Positions 1 through 9,478 of a stretch of DNA of 64,000 bases are shown here, in pieces. Under the pieces are notes generated by a model. It did not search any database. It worked only from the letters and a program-made list of their open reading frames with translations, and was not told the DNA's origin. Each line of letters begins with the position of its first letter. Position 1 is the stretch's first letter. The position numbers and the translations under genes are program-made. The stretch lies in contig JAVHLP010000008.1 in assembly GCA_031082145.1 (NCBI GenBank), positions 8,818 through 72,817 of the forward strand. The letters are read 5' to 3'. The DNA is from a bacterium. GTDB taxonomy: Bacteria; Bacillota; Sulfobacillia; UBA995.

Positions 1-1171
1 TTTCCTGGAGGGCAAGGCCGAGACTGATCGAGACGGCGTCGAGGTCCTGCTCAACATCGGACAAGGGCTGCTGGTGCTGGGAGAGCCGGAAGAAGCCCTG
101 GCCCACTTGAGGGACGCCATGAGACTCGCCCACGATCTGGGGGACAGCCGGCGAATGGCCGGGGTCAGGCACCAGATGGGACTGGTCTACGCCCGCGGCG
201 GGGACCGGCAGCGGGCCCGGGAAGAACTTGAGGCCGCCCGGGAGGCGTTCCGGCAGGCAGACGATCCCGCAGGCCTGGCGGCGGTTGACTTTCAGCTCGG
301 ACTACTCCACCAGCAGGGAGGCAACCTGAAGCGGGCGATCCAGGCCTACCAGCAGGCATTGGAGGCCCTGGAGCAGGTTGACGATCCGGTGCTGGCGATC
401 AAGGTGCGGGGCAATCTGGGAGCTGCCCACTTCGCTCTGGAGGAGTACGAGCAGGGTGCGACCCTCGTCTCTGAGGCCGCCGGTCTGGCGGAAGGGGTGG
501 CCGATCTGGCGTCGCTGGGACGGGATTGCCTCCGCCGGGCTTTGGCCCTGTGGACCGGTGGCGAACTGGAGCGCGCCTTACCGGAATCGCGCCGGGCCTC
601 GCAGATTCTCGAGGCTCTGGACCTCGCCCGGACGGGAGCCGCCCTGCAGGCCAACATGGGGATGGTGGCGGCCGAACAAGGACGCTGGCAGGAGGCGGGC
701 GGTCACTTTGCCCGCTCGCTGGACCTGAACCGGGGTATCGGTGACCGCTGGGGCGAGGCCCAGGCCCTGACCGAGCTGGCCCGGTACCACCAGCAACGAG
801 GCGAACCTGGGCTGGCGATGGAACAAGGTCAGAAGGCGCTGGCGATCGCCTCCGAACTGGAGTCTCGGGCCGATCAGGCCCGGGCCCACTTCGTCCTCGG
901 TGGCGTCTGCCGCCACAACGGGGCCGGCGCGGACGCTCTCACCCACCTTCTGGCCAGCGTCGAGGTTTACGCGAGTCTGGACCGGCCCCGGGAGTTGGCC
1001 AACTGCTACTACGAGCTGGGCGAGCTGCTGGTCGTGCAGGACCGGAAAGAGGAGGCGCTTGAGTACTTCCAGAAATCGGCGTCCCTCCTCCGCCAGAACG
1101 GCGGGCAACTGGCCGAATCCGGTCCGGGGGCCGGCCCCCGCCGGGGGACCACCCTGAACCTCGTCTCATAG
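1..1171 (+). CDS. Tetratricopeptide-repeat protein (5' end probably outside the window)
   Basis: Repeated helical TPR units (e.g. GNLGAAHFALEEYEQG, YELGELLVVQDRKEEALEYFQKS). The frame is open from the window start; the ORF track gives 74..1171. Confidence 0.85.
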   Translation, partial: FLEGKAETDRDGVEVLLNIGQGLLVLGEPEEALAHLRDAMRLAHDLGDSRRMAGVRHQMGLVYARGGDRQRAREELEAAREAFRQADDPAGLAAVDFQLGLLHQQGGNLKRAIQAYQQALEALEQVDDPVLAIKVRGNLGAAHFALEEYEQGATLVSEAAGLAEGVADLASLGRDCLRRALALWTGGELERALPESRRASQILEALDLARTGAALQANMGMVAAEQGRWQEAGGHFARSLDLNRGIGDRWGEAQALTELARYHQQRGEPGLAMEQGQKALAIASELESRADQARAHFVLGGVCRHNGAGADALTHLLASVEVYASLDRPRELANCYYELGELLVVQDRKEEALEYFQKSASLLRQNGGQLAESGPGAGPRRGTTLNLVS

Positions 1172-1180
1172 CCTGGTAGC

Positions 1181-2464
1181 GTGGCCAGACGCTGGCGCCT
1201 CCCTTATGGCCCGGGGCAGGTGGAGTTCACGCTGCCACCAGGCGCTGAGGTTAGCCTGTTGGAGCCACCACGGCTTCCCAGGCTTCCCGAGCCGGCCGCG
1301 GCCGTGCGCCAGGCGCTCCAGAGGCCATTGGGTTCACCCCCCCTGGTTGAGATCGTGCGGCCGGGCGGCCGGGTCTGCATCGTCCTCAGTGACCGGACGC
1401 GGGTGACGGGCCACCAGGTATTCCTCCCCGTCCTGCTAGGAGAACTGACACGTGCCGGCTCGGCCGTGCCCGAGGTGATCTTCGCATCCGGCGCCCACCG
1501 GCCGATGCCCGCCCCCGAGATGAGAGCCGCGCTTGGCCGTGTAGCAGGCCGGGTTCGTTTTCAGGCTCACACCGCGACCGGGGCCTGCGAGTGGCTGGGG
1601 GACACCGCCCGGGGAACGCCGGTCCTCATCAACCGGCGGGCCCTGGAGGCCGATCACCTCATCCTGACCGGCAGCGTGGTACACCATTCCTTCGCGGGAT
1701 TCGGGGGGGGCCCCAAGGCGGTCTTTCCCGGCCTGGCAGCTGTGGCTTCTATCGAGGCCAACCACCGCCTGCTCCTGGAGCCAGGAGCCGCCGGCGGCGC
1801 TCTGGAAGGCAACCCGGTGCACGAGGACCTGGCCGAAGCGGCAGCCCTTGCCAGACCCAGCTTCCTGCTGAACACGGTTACGGACCCAGGGGGCAGGCTG
1901 GCCGGGGTCTTCGCCGGCGGGATGGTGGCGGCACACCGGGCAGCCTGCGTGATGGCCCGAACCCGAGAGATGCCGCTGGCCGGCCTGGCCGACCTGGTGG
2001 TGGCCAGCGCCGGTGGGCACCCCCGGGACATCGACTTCTACCAGAGCCAGAAGGCACTTGAGAACGCGGCGCGGGCCGTGCGACCGGGCGGGGTCGTGGT
2101 CCTGGTGGCGGCGTGCCGGGATGGCGTCGGTAGCGCTGCCTTTCGGCGCTGGGCCGGCGATCACCGGTCGCTCCCCGAACTCTCGGCCGCCCTGGCCCGC
2201 CGGTTCGAGTTGGGCGGCCACAAGGCATGGAGCCTGGCCCGGATCGCCTCGCAGGTGTCCGTGATCCTGCTATCCGGACTCGACCCGGCCGTCGTCCGCG
2301 AGTTCGGCCTGCGGCCGGCGGTCTCTCCCCGGGACGCGATCGATCAGGCCCGGGAACTCTCCGGTGATCGGCCCCTGACCTACCTGATGCGGGCTGCTGC
2401 CCTCACCGTCCCCGTGGTTCCGGATCCCGCGTGTGCGGGTGAGCCCGGTCTCGCTCCGCGCTGA
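1181..2464 (+). CDS. larA: Nickel-pincer (LarA-family) racemase/epimerase
   Basis: Motifs SDRTR, ASGAHR, HHSFAGFGGGPK, GGHPRDIDFYQSQKAL and GGHKA are typical of the LarA superfamily. Substrate cannot be determined. Confidence 0.8.
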   Translation: MARRWRLPYGPGQVEFTLPPGAEVSLLEPPRLPRLPEPAAAVRQALQRPLGSPPLVEIVRPGGRVCIVLSDRTRVTGHQVFLPVLLGELTRAGSAVPEVIFASGAHRPMPAPEMRAALGRVAGRVRFQAHTATGACEWLGDTARGTPVLINRRALEADHLILTGSVVHHSFAGFGGGPKAVFPGLAAVASIEANHRLLLEPGAAGGALEGNPVHEDLAEAAALARPSFLLNTVTDPGGRLAGVFAGGMVAAHRAACVMARTREMPLAGLADLVVASAGGHPRDIDFYQSQKALENAARAVRPGGVVVLVAACRDGVGSAAFRRWAGDHRSLPELSAALARRFELGGHKAWSLARIASQVSVILLSGLDPAVVREFGLRPAVSPRDAIDQARELSGDRPLTYLMRAAALTVPVVPDPACAGEPGLAPR

Positions 2465-2774
2465 GGGGTGTGATCCCCTCGCCTCCGGCCGGATCCAGGA
2501 CCACCTCCGTCCCGTCATCCAGCACCAGCATGAGTTCCTTCCCGTCACTGTGCACCTCGCGGACGGCTTCCTCGCCCAAACCGAAGGTGTTGGCCGCACG
2601 GGTGGAAGACAGGATGAAGGTGGTCAGAGAGTCGGTCGCCCCGCCGGGCCCGCTCGTGATCCGGTCCACCTCCATGCTGAACCGTGCTTCGAGGTTACCG
2701 GCCATCCGGCCGCGCACCTGCACGGTGCCGTGTTCGCGCACGAAGTCTCTGACCTTCGCATAGGTCTCGCCCAA
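2403..2774 (-). CDS. Hypothetical protein (~123 aa)
   Basis: C-terminal part of ORF 2403..3290(-). TTG at 2774 is preceded by AAGGTGAGG, the composition is protein-like, and it fills the gap between larA and the SDR gene. Confidence 0.55.
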   Translation of the reverse strand: MGETYAKVRDFVREHGTVQVRGRMAGNLEARFSMEVDRITSGPGGATDSLTTFILSSTRAANTFGLGEEAVREVHSDGKELMLVLDDGTEVVLDPAGGEGITPLSAERDRAHPHTRDPEPRGR

Positions 2775-2817
2775 GGTCCTCACCTTCCCCGGGGAATAGT
2801 GTCCCCCGCGCGAGTTC

Positions 2818-3618
2818 ATGCTTTGCAGAGGAGGGGGTTGGACCGTGGAGATCAACGACCGGCTGTTCCGGCTGGACGGCAAGGTAGCAGTGGTGACCGG
2901 CGGTAGCCGGGGCATCGGCAAGGCGATCTGCCTGGGGCTGGCGGCTTTCGGGGCCGATGTCGGCATCCTGGGCATCAGCCCGGAGACGACGGAAACGGTC
3001 CGGGCGATCGAAGAGCTCGGGCGCCGGAGCTTGTTCCTGAAGGTCGACGTGGCGGACGTGGAGCAGGTCAAGCAGGGGATGGCGGAGGCGGAGCGGATCT
3101 TGGGCGGTCCAGACATCCTGGTTAACAACGCCGGCGTGGGTGTGACCGATCCGGCGGAGGACGTCACCATGGATCTATGGCACCGGGTGCTGGGGGTCAA
3201 CCTCCGAGGGACTTTCTTCGCCAGCCAGGCTGCCGGTCGGAGCATGATCCGGCGCGGCCGGGGCGGCCGGATTATCAACATCACCAGCATTTTCGGGATC
3301 GTGGGCAGCGAACTGGGGGCCAGCGTCTACCATGCCTCGAAGGGAGCGGTGATCAACCTCACCCGGGCTCTGGCTTGCGAGTGGGCGAAGCACCGGATCC
3401 TCGTCAACAGCATCGGCCCCGGTTTCATCGTCACCGACATGACCGCACCCATCCACGAGCAGCCCAAACTGGAGGAACTCCTGGAGCGGCGGCACGCGCT
3501 GGGCCGCTTCGGCCGGCCGGAGGAGATCGTGGGCGCCGTCATCTTCCTGGCCTCCGACGCCTCCACCTTCGTGACCGGGGAGAACCTGTTCGTCGACGGC
3601 GGTTACACCGCCTGGTGA
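2818..3618 (+). CDS. Short-chain dehydrogenase/reductase (KduD/Gno-like)
   Basis: TGGSRGIG, NNAG and catalytic YHASK motifs; C-terminal VDGGYTAW. Confidence 0.93.
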   Translation: MLCRGGGWTVEINDRLFRLDGKVAVVTGGSRGIGKAICLGLAAFGADVGILGISPETTETVRAIEELGRRSLFLKVDVADVEQVKQGMAEAERILGGPDILVNNAGVGVTDPAEDVTMDLWHRVLGVNLRGTFFASQAAGRSMIRRGRGGRIINITSIFGIVGSELGASVYHASKGAVINLTRALACEWAKHRILVNSIGPGFIVTDMTAPIHEQPKLEELLERRHALGRFGRPEEIVGAVIFLASDASTFVTGENLFVDGGYTAW

Positions 3619-3621
3619 CGG

Positions 3622-4428
3622 TCAGCGGCGCCTGCCCGTCTCCCGTCCCAGGAGTACCATCTGGTCATAACCGTCCTCGAGGACGATCGGACCCAGGCTG
3701 GCGAGTTCCCGGAACCCATGGCGGATAAAGAAGGCTGCCGGTCCGTTGGGGTGGGGGGCAGTCCGTCCAGCCACCACCTGCACCTCGCCGTAGCCGTGGC
3801 GATGAGCCTGCCGGAGAAAGGTCTCCATCACCTGTGGACGGTAGTCGAGACCGTTGCCGCGCGAGTAGACGCAGGTGATGAAGCCGAGGGACGGTTCTTT
3901 CCGGGGCAGCGGGTAGGGGACCAGCCCGGAGGGCAGGTGTTCCAGGGCCGCCACCGGCCGGCCACCGTCGAAGAGCAGGAGACCCAGGTCACCCCCCTTG
4001 ACCCGCAGGGCCATCGCTTCCGCCCACGCCTGCTTCAGGCGCTGGCCGTCGGGGGGGAAGCCGGCCGGCACGCAGACACTGCAGGCCTGGGCCACGGCCC
4101 GAGGTGTCAAGCGCCGCAGGCGATCGCCCTGAACGGCCCGGGACATGCGCTCCGGTAGTTGCACGCAGTGGGAGACGCCGTCGCGGGCCAGTTCAACCAG
4201 GCGCCTGGCGGTGGCCGGAGCGGGAAAGCGGAGGAGTCCGTTGATGACGGTGAGAAAAGGGAAGAACATGTTGTGACGCGCGGCCAGTTCAGGGCGTCCG
4301 GTGACGTCGACTGTCTCGAAGTCCGCACCCAGCAGGCCGGCCGCCTCGCGAGCCTGTTCCTTCATCCATGCCTGCCAGGGACACTGGGCCCCGAAGTGCA
4401 GGAACTGAACCCGCTTGACCTCAAGCAT
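3622..4428 (-). CDS. Protein with a thioredoxin-like (QCPW) N-terminus and a GNAT/YoaP-like C-terminus
   Basis: N-terminal HFGAQCPW; C-terminal GFITCVY...GPAAFFIRHGF resembling YoaP-type acetyltransferases. Confidence 0.6.
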   Translation of the reverse strand: MLEVKRVQFLHFGAQCPWQAWMKEQAREAAGLLGADFETVDVTGRPELAARHNMFFPFLTVINGLLRFPAPATARRLVELARDGVSHCVQLPERMSRAVQGDRLRRLTPRAVAQACSVCVPAGFPPDGQRLKQAWAEAMALRVKGGDLGLLLFDGGRPVAALEHLPSGLVPYPLPRKEPSLGFITCVYSRGNGLDYRPQVMETFLRQAHRHGYGEVQVVAGRTAPHPNGPAAFFIRHGFRELASLGPIVLEDGYDQMVLLGRETGRRR

Positions 4429-4508
4429 CTGGCCACCTCCCGGGGGCCCCTGCCGCTCAAGCCCTAAGACGAGCCTGTGCCCCGAGAAGTTCTGTTGCGA
4501 CCATCGGT

Positions 4509-5309
4509 TTACCGCGGATCCCGGCGGGGATGTTGGAATCCCCGGTGGTCAATGTAGAAGTCCTCCCTGCGCACGAGTTCGGAGATGGGGACAACGCGGT
4601 ACCCCCGGGTCTGGAGGGTCTCGATGATGGCCGGCAGGGCGACCGGGGTGTTCTCGGCGTTGTTGTGAAAGAGGATGATGGCGCCGGGGTGAGCCCGATC
4701 CAGCACCCGGGCCGCGATCTGCCGGGCGGTCACGTCTTTCCAGTCCAGGGAGTCCACGCTCCACTGGATGGTCAGGTAGCCCAGTTCCTCCGCCACCTCG
4801 ATGACCTTGTTCGAGTACTCGCCGAAGGGGGGCCGGAACAGGTAGGGCGCCTTGCCGGTGGCCTCCTCCAACTGGCGGTGAACGATCTCCAGTTCGCGTG
4901 CGATCTGCTCCCGGGACAGGGAGTTCAGGTGGGGATGACTGGCCGTGTGGTTGCCCACCTCATGGCCGGCATCCACTATCTGCCGCAAGACCTCCGGGTA
5001 ACGGTCGATCCAGAACCCAACCAGGAAGAACGTGGTCCTTACGTCGTACCTTGCCAGCACCTCGAGTATCTCCGGGGTGCGTTCGGAGCCCCAGGCGGCG
5101 TCGAAGGAGATGGCCAGCACCTGCTCGTCGGTGGCCACGGCGTAGATGGGCAGCCGGCGGTTCACCCCGGCACTGGCGGCGAGGGCGTGCTGCATTCCGG
5201 CCCGGGTGCCGGCGTCGGCGAGGGAGAAGGCGAGGGCGAGCAGGGCCAGCCCCGTCATGACCACCGACCGGCGGCGGAGAACCCGCACCAATGGGGTCAC
5301 CCCCACCAC
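4509..5309 (-). CDS. Polysaccharide deacetylase (PdaB-like, NodB domain)
   Basis: ISFDAAWG, NHTASH, FRPPFGEY, WSVDSLDW and ILFHN motifs; N-terminal hydrophobic segment. Confidence 0.9.
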   Translation of the reverse strand: MVGVTPLVRVLRRRSVVMTGLALLALAFSLADAGTRAGMQHALAASAGVNRRLPIYAVATDEQVLAISFDAAWGSERTPEILEVLARYDVRTTFFLVGFWIDRYPEVLRQIVDAGHEVGNHTASHPHLNSLSREQIARELEIVHRQLEEATGKAPYLFRPPFGEYSNKVIEVAEELGYLTIQWSVDSLDWKDVTARQIAARVLDRAHPGAIILFHNNAENTPVALPAIIETLQTRGYRVVPISELVRREDFYIDHRGFQHPRRDPR

Positions 5310-5342
5310 CGAGCCTACGGTGGCCGGGGACGAGTTAGAACC

Positions 5343-6680
5343 TCAGGCGCTGCGAGCCCGGATCGCCTTTCCGGCGTGGAGTTCCTCCACCTCCCGCTTG
5401 ACCTGGGCCAGCCGCTCGCCGTGCAGGGGGTATAGCCACAAGCAAGCATAGGCGATCCCCAGCGCGGCCAGTGGCACTGCCGTCAGCAGCAGCCGGAACA
5501 CGGCGATGGCGCTTCCCGGCTGGACGGCCAGACCGGCGTCATATCTTCCCAGGGTCAACAGCCCCGTCATGACCAGGGCCTGTAGCGATATGGCCAGGCG
5601 GATGAAAAAGCCGTTCACCCCGAAGTACATGCCCTCGCGGCGGGTCCCCGTGCGGAGTTCGTCCTCGTCGCAGACGTCGGCCAGCAAGATGTTGACCAGG
5701 ACGATCAACCCGGCCAGGCCGATCCCGATGAGGCCGGTGGTGACCACCCCGGCGAGGAAGGTGCGGATGAAGCCGAAGGGGAACAGGGCCAGCGAGAACA
5801 GGACCGTCGAAACCATCAGGGCCCACCGCGCACCCCGGCGGACGGCCACCGCCGCCCAACCGTAGACCATGGGCAGGGCGACGACGAAGGTAACCCCCAG
5901 CATCACCGTGGTATGGAGCTCGGTACCGCCCAGAACGTATTTCACGTAGAAGGGTACGGTGGCCGTCAGTATCACAAAGGTGAACTGGATGAAGGTGTTG
6001 GCCAGGACCAGGGTGAGAAAAGAACGATTGCGGAAAGTGTGCCCGAGCGCCTCCCGGAGTCCCAGCGGTTGATCCAGCGAGAACTCCCGGCGTTCGCGAC
6101 CTCCCCAGACCGCCACCGCCAGCGACAAGGCGGTCAGGATCCCGAACAGCGCCCCCAGCGCCCGCCAACCCCAAGCTCCGTAGATGATGGGCGGCAGGGC
6201 GATGCCCAGGATCAGGCCGACGATGGAGAAGGCTTCACGCCAGGCTGCGACCTCGGCCCGTTCGGGCAGGGTGGGGGCGATCTCCGGGAAGAGGGCCGTC
6301 CAGTTGAGGATCACCAGCGTGAACAGGGTGTCGAACAGGAAGATGCTCCCCAGACAGTAGGCAAACAGGAGCATCATCCGCTCCGGGCCCACCGGCGGCG
6401 ACCACACCAGGAAGAAGGAGACGGCCAGGGGCACTGCGCCCAACGCAATGTAAGGCGTCCGGCGGCCCCAGCGGGTACGGGTACGGTCGGAGATCTGCCC
6501 AAACAGGGGGTCGTTGACGGCATTCCATATCCCGTACAAGAAGAAGCCCAGGCCGAACAGAGTGGTGCTTAGCCTCATGACGTCCACGTAGAAGAACATC
6601 ACGTAGGTGCCGAAAGCCTGGTAGGAGAGGGCGGCTGCCAGCGAACCGGCACTGTAGGCGATCTTCTGTACCCGTTTCAC
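5343..6680 (-). CDS. MFS glycoside-pentoside-hexuronide (MelB-like) transporter
   Basis: WNAVNDPLFGQISDRTRTRWGRR and DVCDEDELRTGTRREG motifs; many TM segments; GTG at 6680 with GAGGAGG upstream. Confidence 0.9.
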   Translation of the reverse strand: MKRVQKIAYSAGSLAAALSYQAFGTYVMFFYVDVMRLSTTLFGLGFFLYGIWNAVNDPLFGQISDRTRTRWGRRTPYIALGAVPLAVSFFLVWSPPVGPERMMLLFAYCLGSIFLFDTLFTLVILNWTALFPEIAPTLPERAEVAAWREAFSIVGLILGIALPPIIYGAWGWRALGALFGILTALSLAVAVWGGRERREFSLDQPLGLREALGHTFRNRSFLTLVLANTFIQFTFVILTATVPFYVKYVLGGTELHTTVMLGVTFVVALPMVYGWAAVAVRRGARWALMVSTVLFSLALFPFGFIRTFLAGVVTTGLIGIGLAGLIVLVNILLADVCDEDELRTGTRREGMYFGVNGFFIRLAISLQALVMTGLLTLGRYDAGLAVQPGSAIAVFRLLLTAVPLAALGIAYACLWLYPLHGERLAQVKREVEELHAGKAIRARSA

Positions 6681-6790
6681 TCCAATCCCTCCTCGGTGGG
6701 GCCCCTTTCGGCCCCCGCAGTTGCCATTCCTGCCATGGCAGGGTTTTGCCGGGGGCCGGGGAAAACTTGGCTCGAGGAGGGATCTCCCCC

Positions 6791-7324
6791 ATGGAACGCG
6801 AGACCTACCCCCTGGCGGCTGCCATCGCCAACCGCCGCAGCGTCCGGCAGTTCGAGTCCACACCGGTGCCTGACGAGCACCTCCGTATCCTGCTGGAAGC
6901 AGCCATCTCTGCCCCCAGCGCCGGCAATCGCCAGCCCTGGCGCTTCATCGTGGTCAGGAACCCGGGGCTGCGGCTTCAGCTGGCCCAGGCCGCCGGCGGC
7001 CAGAGCTCAGTGGCCACCGCTCCGGTGGCGATCGTGGTATTGGCCGATCTCGCGAGGACCGAGAGCCGCTACGGCCAGCGGGGCACCGAGCTCTACGCCC
7101 TCCAGGACACGGCCGCCGCCATCGAGAACCTGCTGCTCACAGCTGTGTCCCTGGGCTACGCCACCTGCTGGGTGGGTGCGTTCGACGAAGGCCAGGCGGC
7201 CCGGTCCCTGGAACTGCCGCCGGGACTGCGCCCGGTCGCCATCGTGCCGGTCGGAGTGCCCGCCGGCCAGCCTCGTTCCCCCGATCGGCGACCACTGGCG
7301 GAAGTCGTGGATTACCGCGACTAA
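6791..7324 (+). CDS. Nitroreductase family protein
   Basis: RRSVRQF, APSAGNRQPW and LGYATCWVG motifs. Confidence 0.92.
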   Translation: MERETYPLAAAIANRRSVRQFESTPVPDEHLRILLEAAISAPSAGNRQPWRFIVVRNPGLRLQLAQAAGGQSSVATAPVAIVVLADLARTESRYGQRGTELYALQDTAAAIENLLLTAVSLGYATCWVGAFDEGQAARSLELPPGLRPVAIVPVGVPAGQPRSPDRRPLAEVVDYRD

Positions 7325-7932
7325 CTGCGGCGTATTCGCCGGCCCAGGGACAGCAGACCGGTCTGGCGGAGGCGCCGGGTGAGCCCGGGCCCGCCCCGCG
7401 CGGGGTAGGTTTCCGCGAAGACCACTTCGTCCAGATCCAGTCGGGGCGGGGGCGCGGGCCGCTCAGCGGGATAACCCAGAGTCACCAGCCCCACGACCGC
7501 CAACCGTTCGGGTATCGCCAGGACTTGCCGGACTCCCCGGGGATCGAAGGCCCCGATCCAGCAGGTCCCTAACCCGAGGGCATGGGCGGCTAGCATCAGG
7601 TTCTGCCCCGCCATAGCGCAATCTACGAGGTGCCACCGGTTCGCCGCCGGGTTGCCCAGGATGACCACCACCACCGGTGCTTGCGCCACGTGCCGCCAGC
7701 GGATGAAGTGCCAGCGGGCATGCCGGCCGAGGGCGCGGCGTAGATCCGGCCGGGTGACCACCAGGAACTGCCATGGCTGGTTGTTGGCGGCACTCGGAGC
7801 CCACCTGGCGGCGTCCAGCGCCTCGCGGAGGATCGCCTGGGGAACGGCCTGATCCTGGTAGCACCTGACGCTGCGCCGCTCCCGGATCGCCCCGAGGACG
7901 GTGGCCTGCTTTTCTGTCAGCTGCTCGGTCAT
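7321..7932 (-). CDS. Nitroreductase family protein
   Basis: RRSVRCY, WAPSAANNQPW and LGLGTCWIG motifs; convergent with the preceding paralog, with overlapping stops. Confidence 0.92.
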   Translation of the reverse strand: MTEQLTEKQATVLGAIRERRSVRCYQDQAVPQAILREALDAARWAPSAANNQPWQFLVVTRPDLRRALGRHARWHFIRWRHVAQAPVVVVILGNPAANRWHLVDCAMAGQNLMLAAHALGLGTCWIGAFDPRGVRQVLAIPERLAVVGLVTLGYPAERPAPPPRLDLDEVVFAETYPARGGPGLTRRLRQTGLLSLGRRIRRS

Positions 7933-8095
7933 CTCCTGCTCCCTTCCCGGCACCACCGGGCCTGTTGCCTATGGCTCTTGCCCGTCATCTCACTGTGTGT
8001 CCTTGGAGTGATGATACCACGTGCCAGGCCACCTGGTAACCATCCGGGACAATTGTCCTGCTAGAGAGGCGCGCCCGCTGTGTCCAACATAATGT

Positions 8096-9478
8096 GTGGA
8101 CAGAATCCTTCCCCGGCGGGGGTGCCCTCAGGTGATCTTCGAGTTCGAGCCGGCGCCCGGCGCAAGTGAGATCTGCCTGCCCTCTACGGTGGGGGTGTCC
8201 CCCGGCAAAACGCTGATCTTGAGGCTGGGCACGGCGCGGGTGACGGCTCGAACCACCGCCGGGCCGGCCACCGGCGCTGCCATGGGGACTGGAGCCGCCC
8301 GCCGGTTGGGGCTATCCCTTCCCGCCCGCCTCCGTGCTCGCTGGCACCCGGACCGGCGTACATTGCGGATCGGGCCGGTAGTCGGCATCCTAGTGCGCAA
8401 GGCCCGGAGCCAGTACGGGCCTTTCGGCCCTCAGGCCGGTTTCATCCGGGAACTAATGGACGCCGCCGGCCAGCTGGGAGTCTTCCTGTACGCTTTCGGT
8501 CCGGGTGACGTCAGCTGGGGCCGCCGTCGGGTCAGAGGTTACCGTTATCGCGGCCAAGGCGTCTGGACGCGCGGCCTGTACCCTTACCCGGACGTCCTGT
8601 GGGACCGTGGCTTTTTCCGGGGAGCCGCCCAGCGCCGCTACTGGGGGACCCGCATGGGCCTGGCCCGGGCCCACCGCCGTATGAGGTTTATCAACGCCAT
8701 CTACGGTAACAAGTGGCGCGTCCATCGCGTCCTGCTCCGCAGCCCCGAGGTGCGGCCCCACCTCCCCGAAACGCGACGGGCCAGCAGCGGGCGAGTCGTC
8801 GCCGCCATGGCTCGCCGCCACGGCACAGTCTACCTGAAACCGGCCGGCGGTCTGAAGGGCCGCGGGATCATGCGCCTGGAACGCGTGGGGCAGGGCCGTT
8901 TCCGGCTGCGGGCCGGCACCCGCTCGCGCGGCGGGAGTCTATCCCGCCTGGCCGCCATCGCCCGTCGCCGCGGCTACCTGGTCCAACAGGGCATCGACCT
9001 CGCGCGGCCTTTCGGCCCAATCGGCGATCTTCGCCTGGTGGTCCAAAAGGATGGCGCCGGCAACTGGAGCGTGACCGGGGGGGCAATGCGAGTGGCGGCC
9101 ACCGGTCACATTACCTCCAATATCCACCGCGGTGGCCATGCCGAACCGCTGGACGCCGCCGTCCGGGCGGTGGTGGGTGAAGGAGGCTACGCCGCCACCG
9201 CCGACCTCATCTCCCGGGTGGCCACCGGAGTTGCCCGGGCGGTGGAACGGGCCAGCGGACCATCGGGTGAGATGGGGGTCGACCTGGCCCTGGACCGCGA
9301 AGGCCGGGTGTGGTTCCTCGAGACCAATTCCAAGCTGGCTAGGAGCATCTTCCTGCAGCTAGGAGAGACCGAGACCCGCCGCCGGTCGATCGAACGCCCC
9401 TTGCTGTGGGCGGCCCGACGCAGCGGGTTCGCCGTACCCGAGGACGAACGGGAGGCGAGCTTCAGATGGCCCGGTTGA
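8096..9478 (+). CDS. YheC/YheD-family ATP-grasp amide ligase
   Basis: IGPVVGIL, PYPDVLWDR, YLKPAGGLKGRGI, YLVQQGI, DLRLVVQKD and GVDLALDREGRVWFLETNSK. The exact start is uncertain (GTG at 8096 or 8132). Confidence 0.88.
   Translation: MDRILPRRGCPQVIFEFEPAPGASEICLPSTVGVSPGKTLILRLGTARVTARTTAGPATGAAMGTGAARRLGLSLPARLRARWHPDRRTLRIGPVVGILVRKARSQYGPFGPQAGFIRELMDAAGQLGVFLYAFGPGDVSWGRRRVRGYRYRGQGVWTRGLYPYPDVLWDRGFFRGAAQRRYWGTRMGLARAHRRMRFINAIYGNKWRVHRVLLRSPEVRPHLPETRRASSGRVVAAMARRHGTVYLKPAGGLKGRGIMRLERVGQGRFRLRAGTRSRGGSLSRLAAIARRRGYLVQQGIDLARPFGPIGDLRLVVQKDGAGNWSVTGGAMRVAATGHITSNIHRGGHAEPLDAAVRAVVGEGGYAATADLISRVATGVARAVERASGPSGEMGVDLALDREGRVWFLETNSKLARSIFLQLGETETRRRSIERPLLWAARRSGFAVPEDEREASFRWPG

Noticed and set aside
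6791-7932. Convergent nitroreductase pair as a special system
   Set aside because: Common family, with no further evidence of a linked function.
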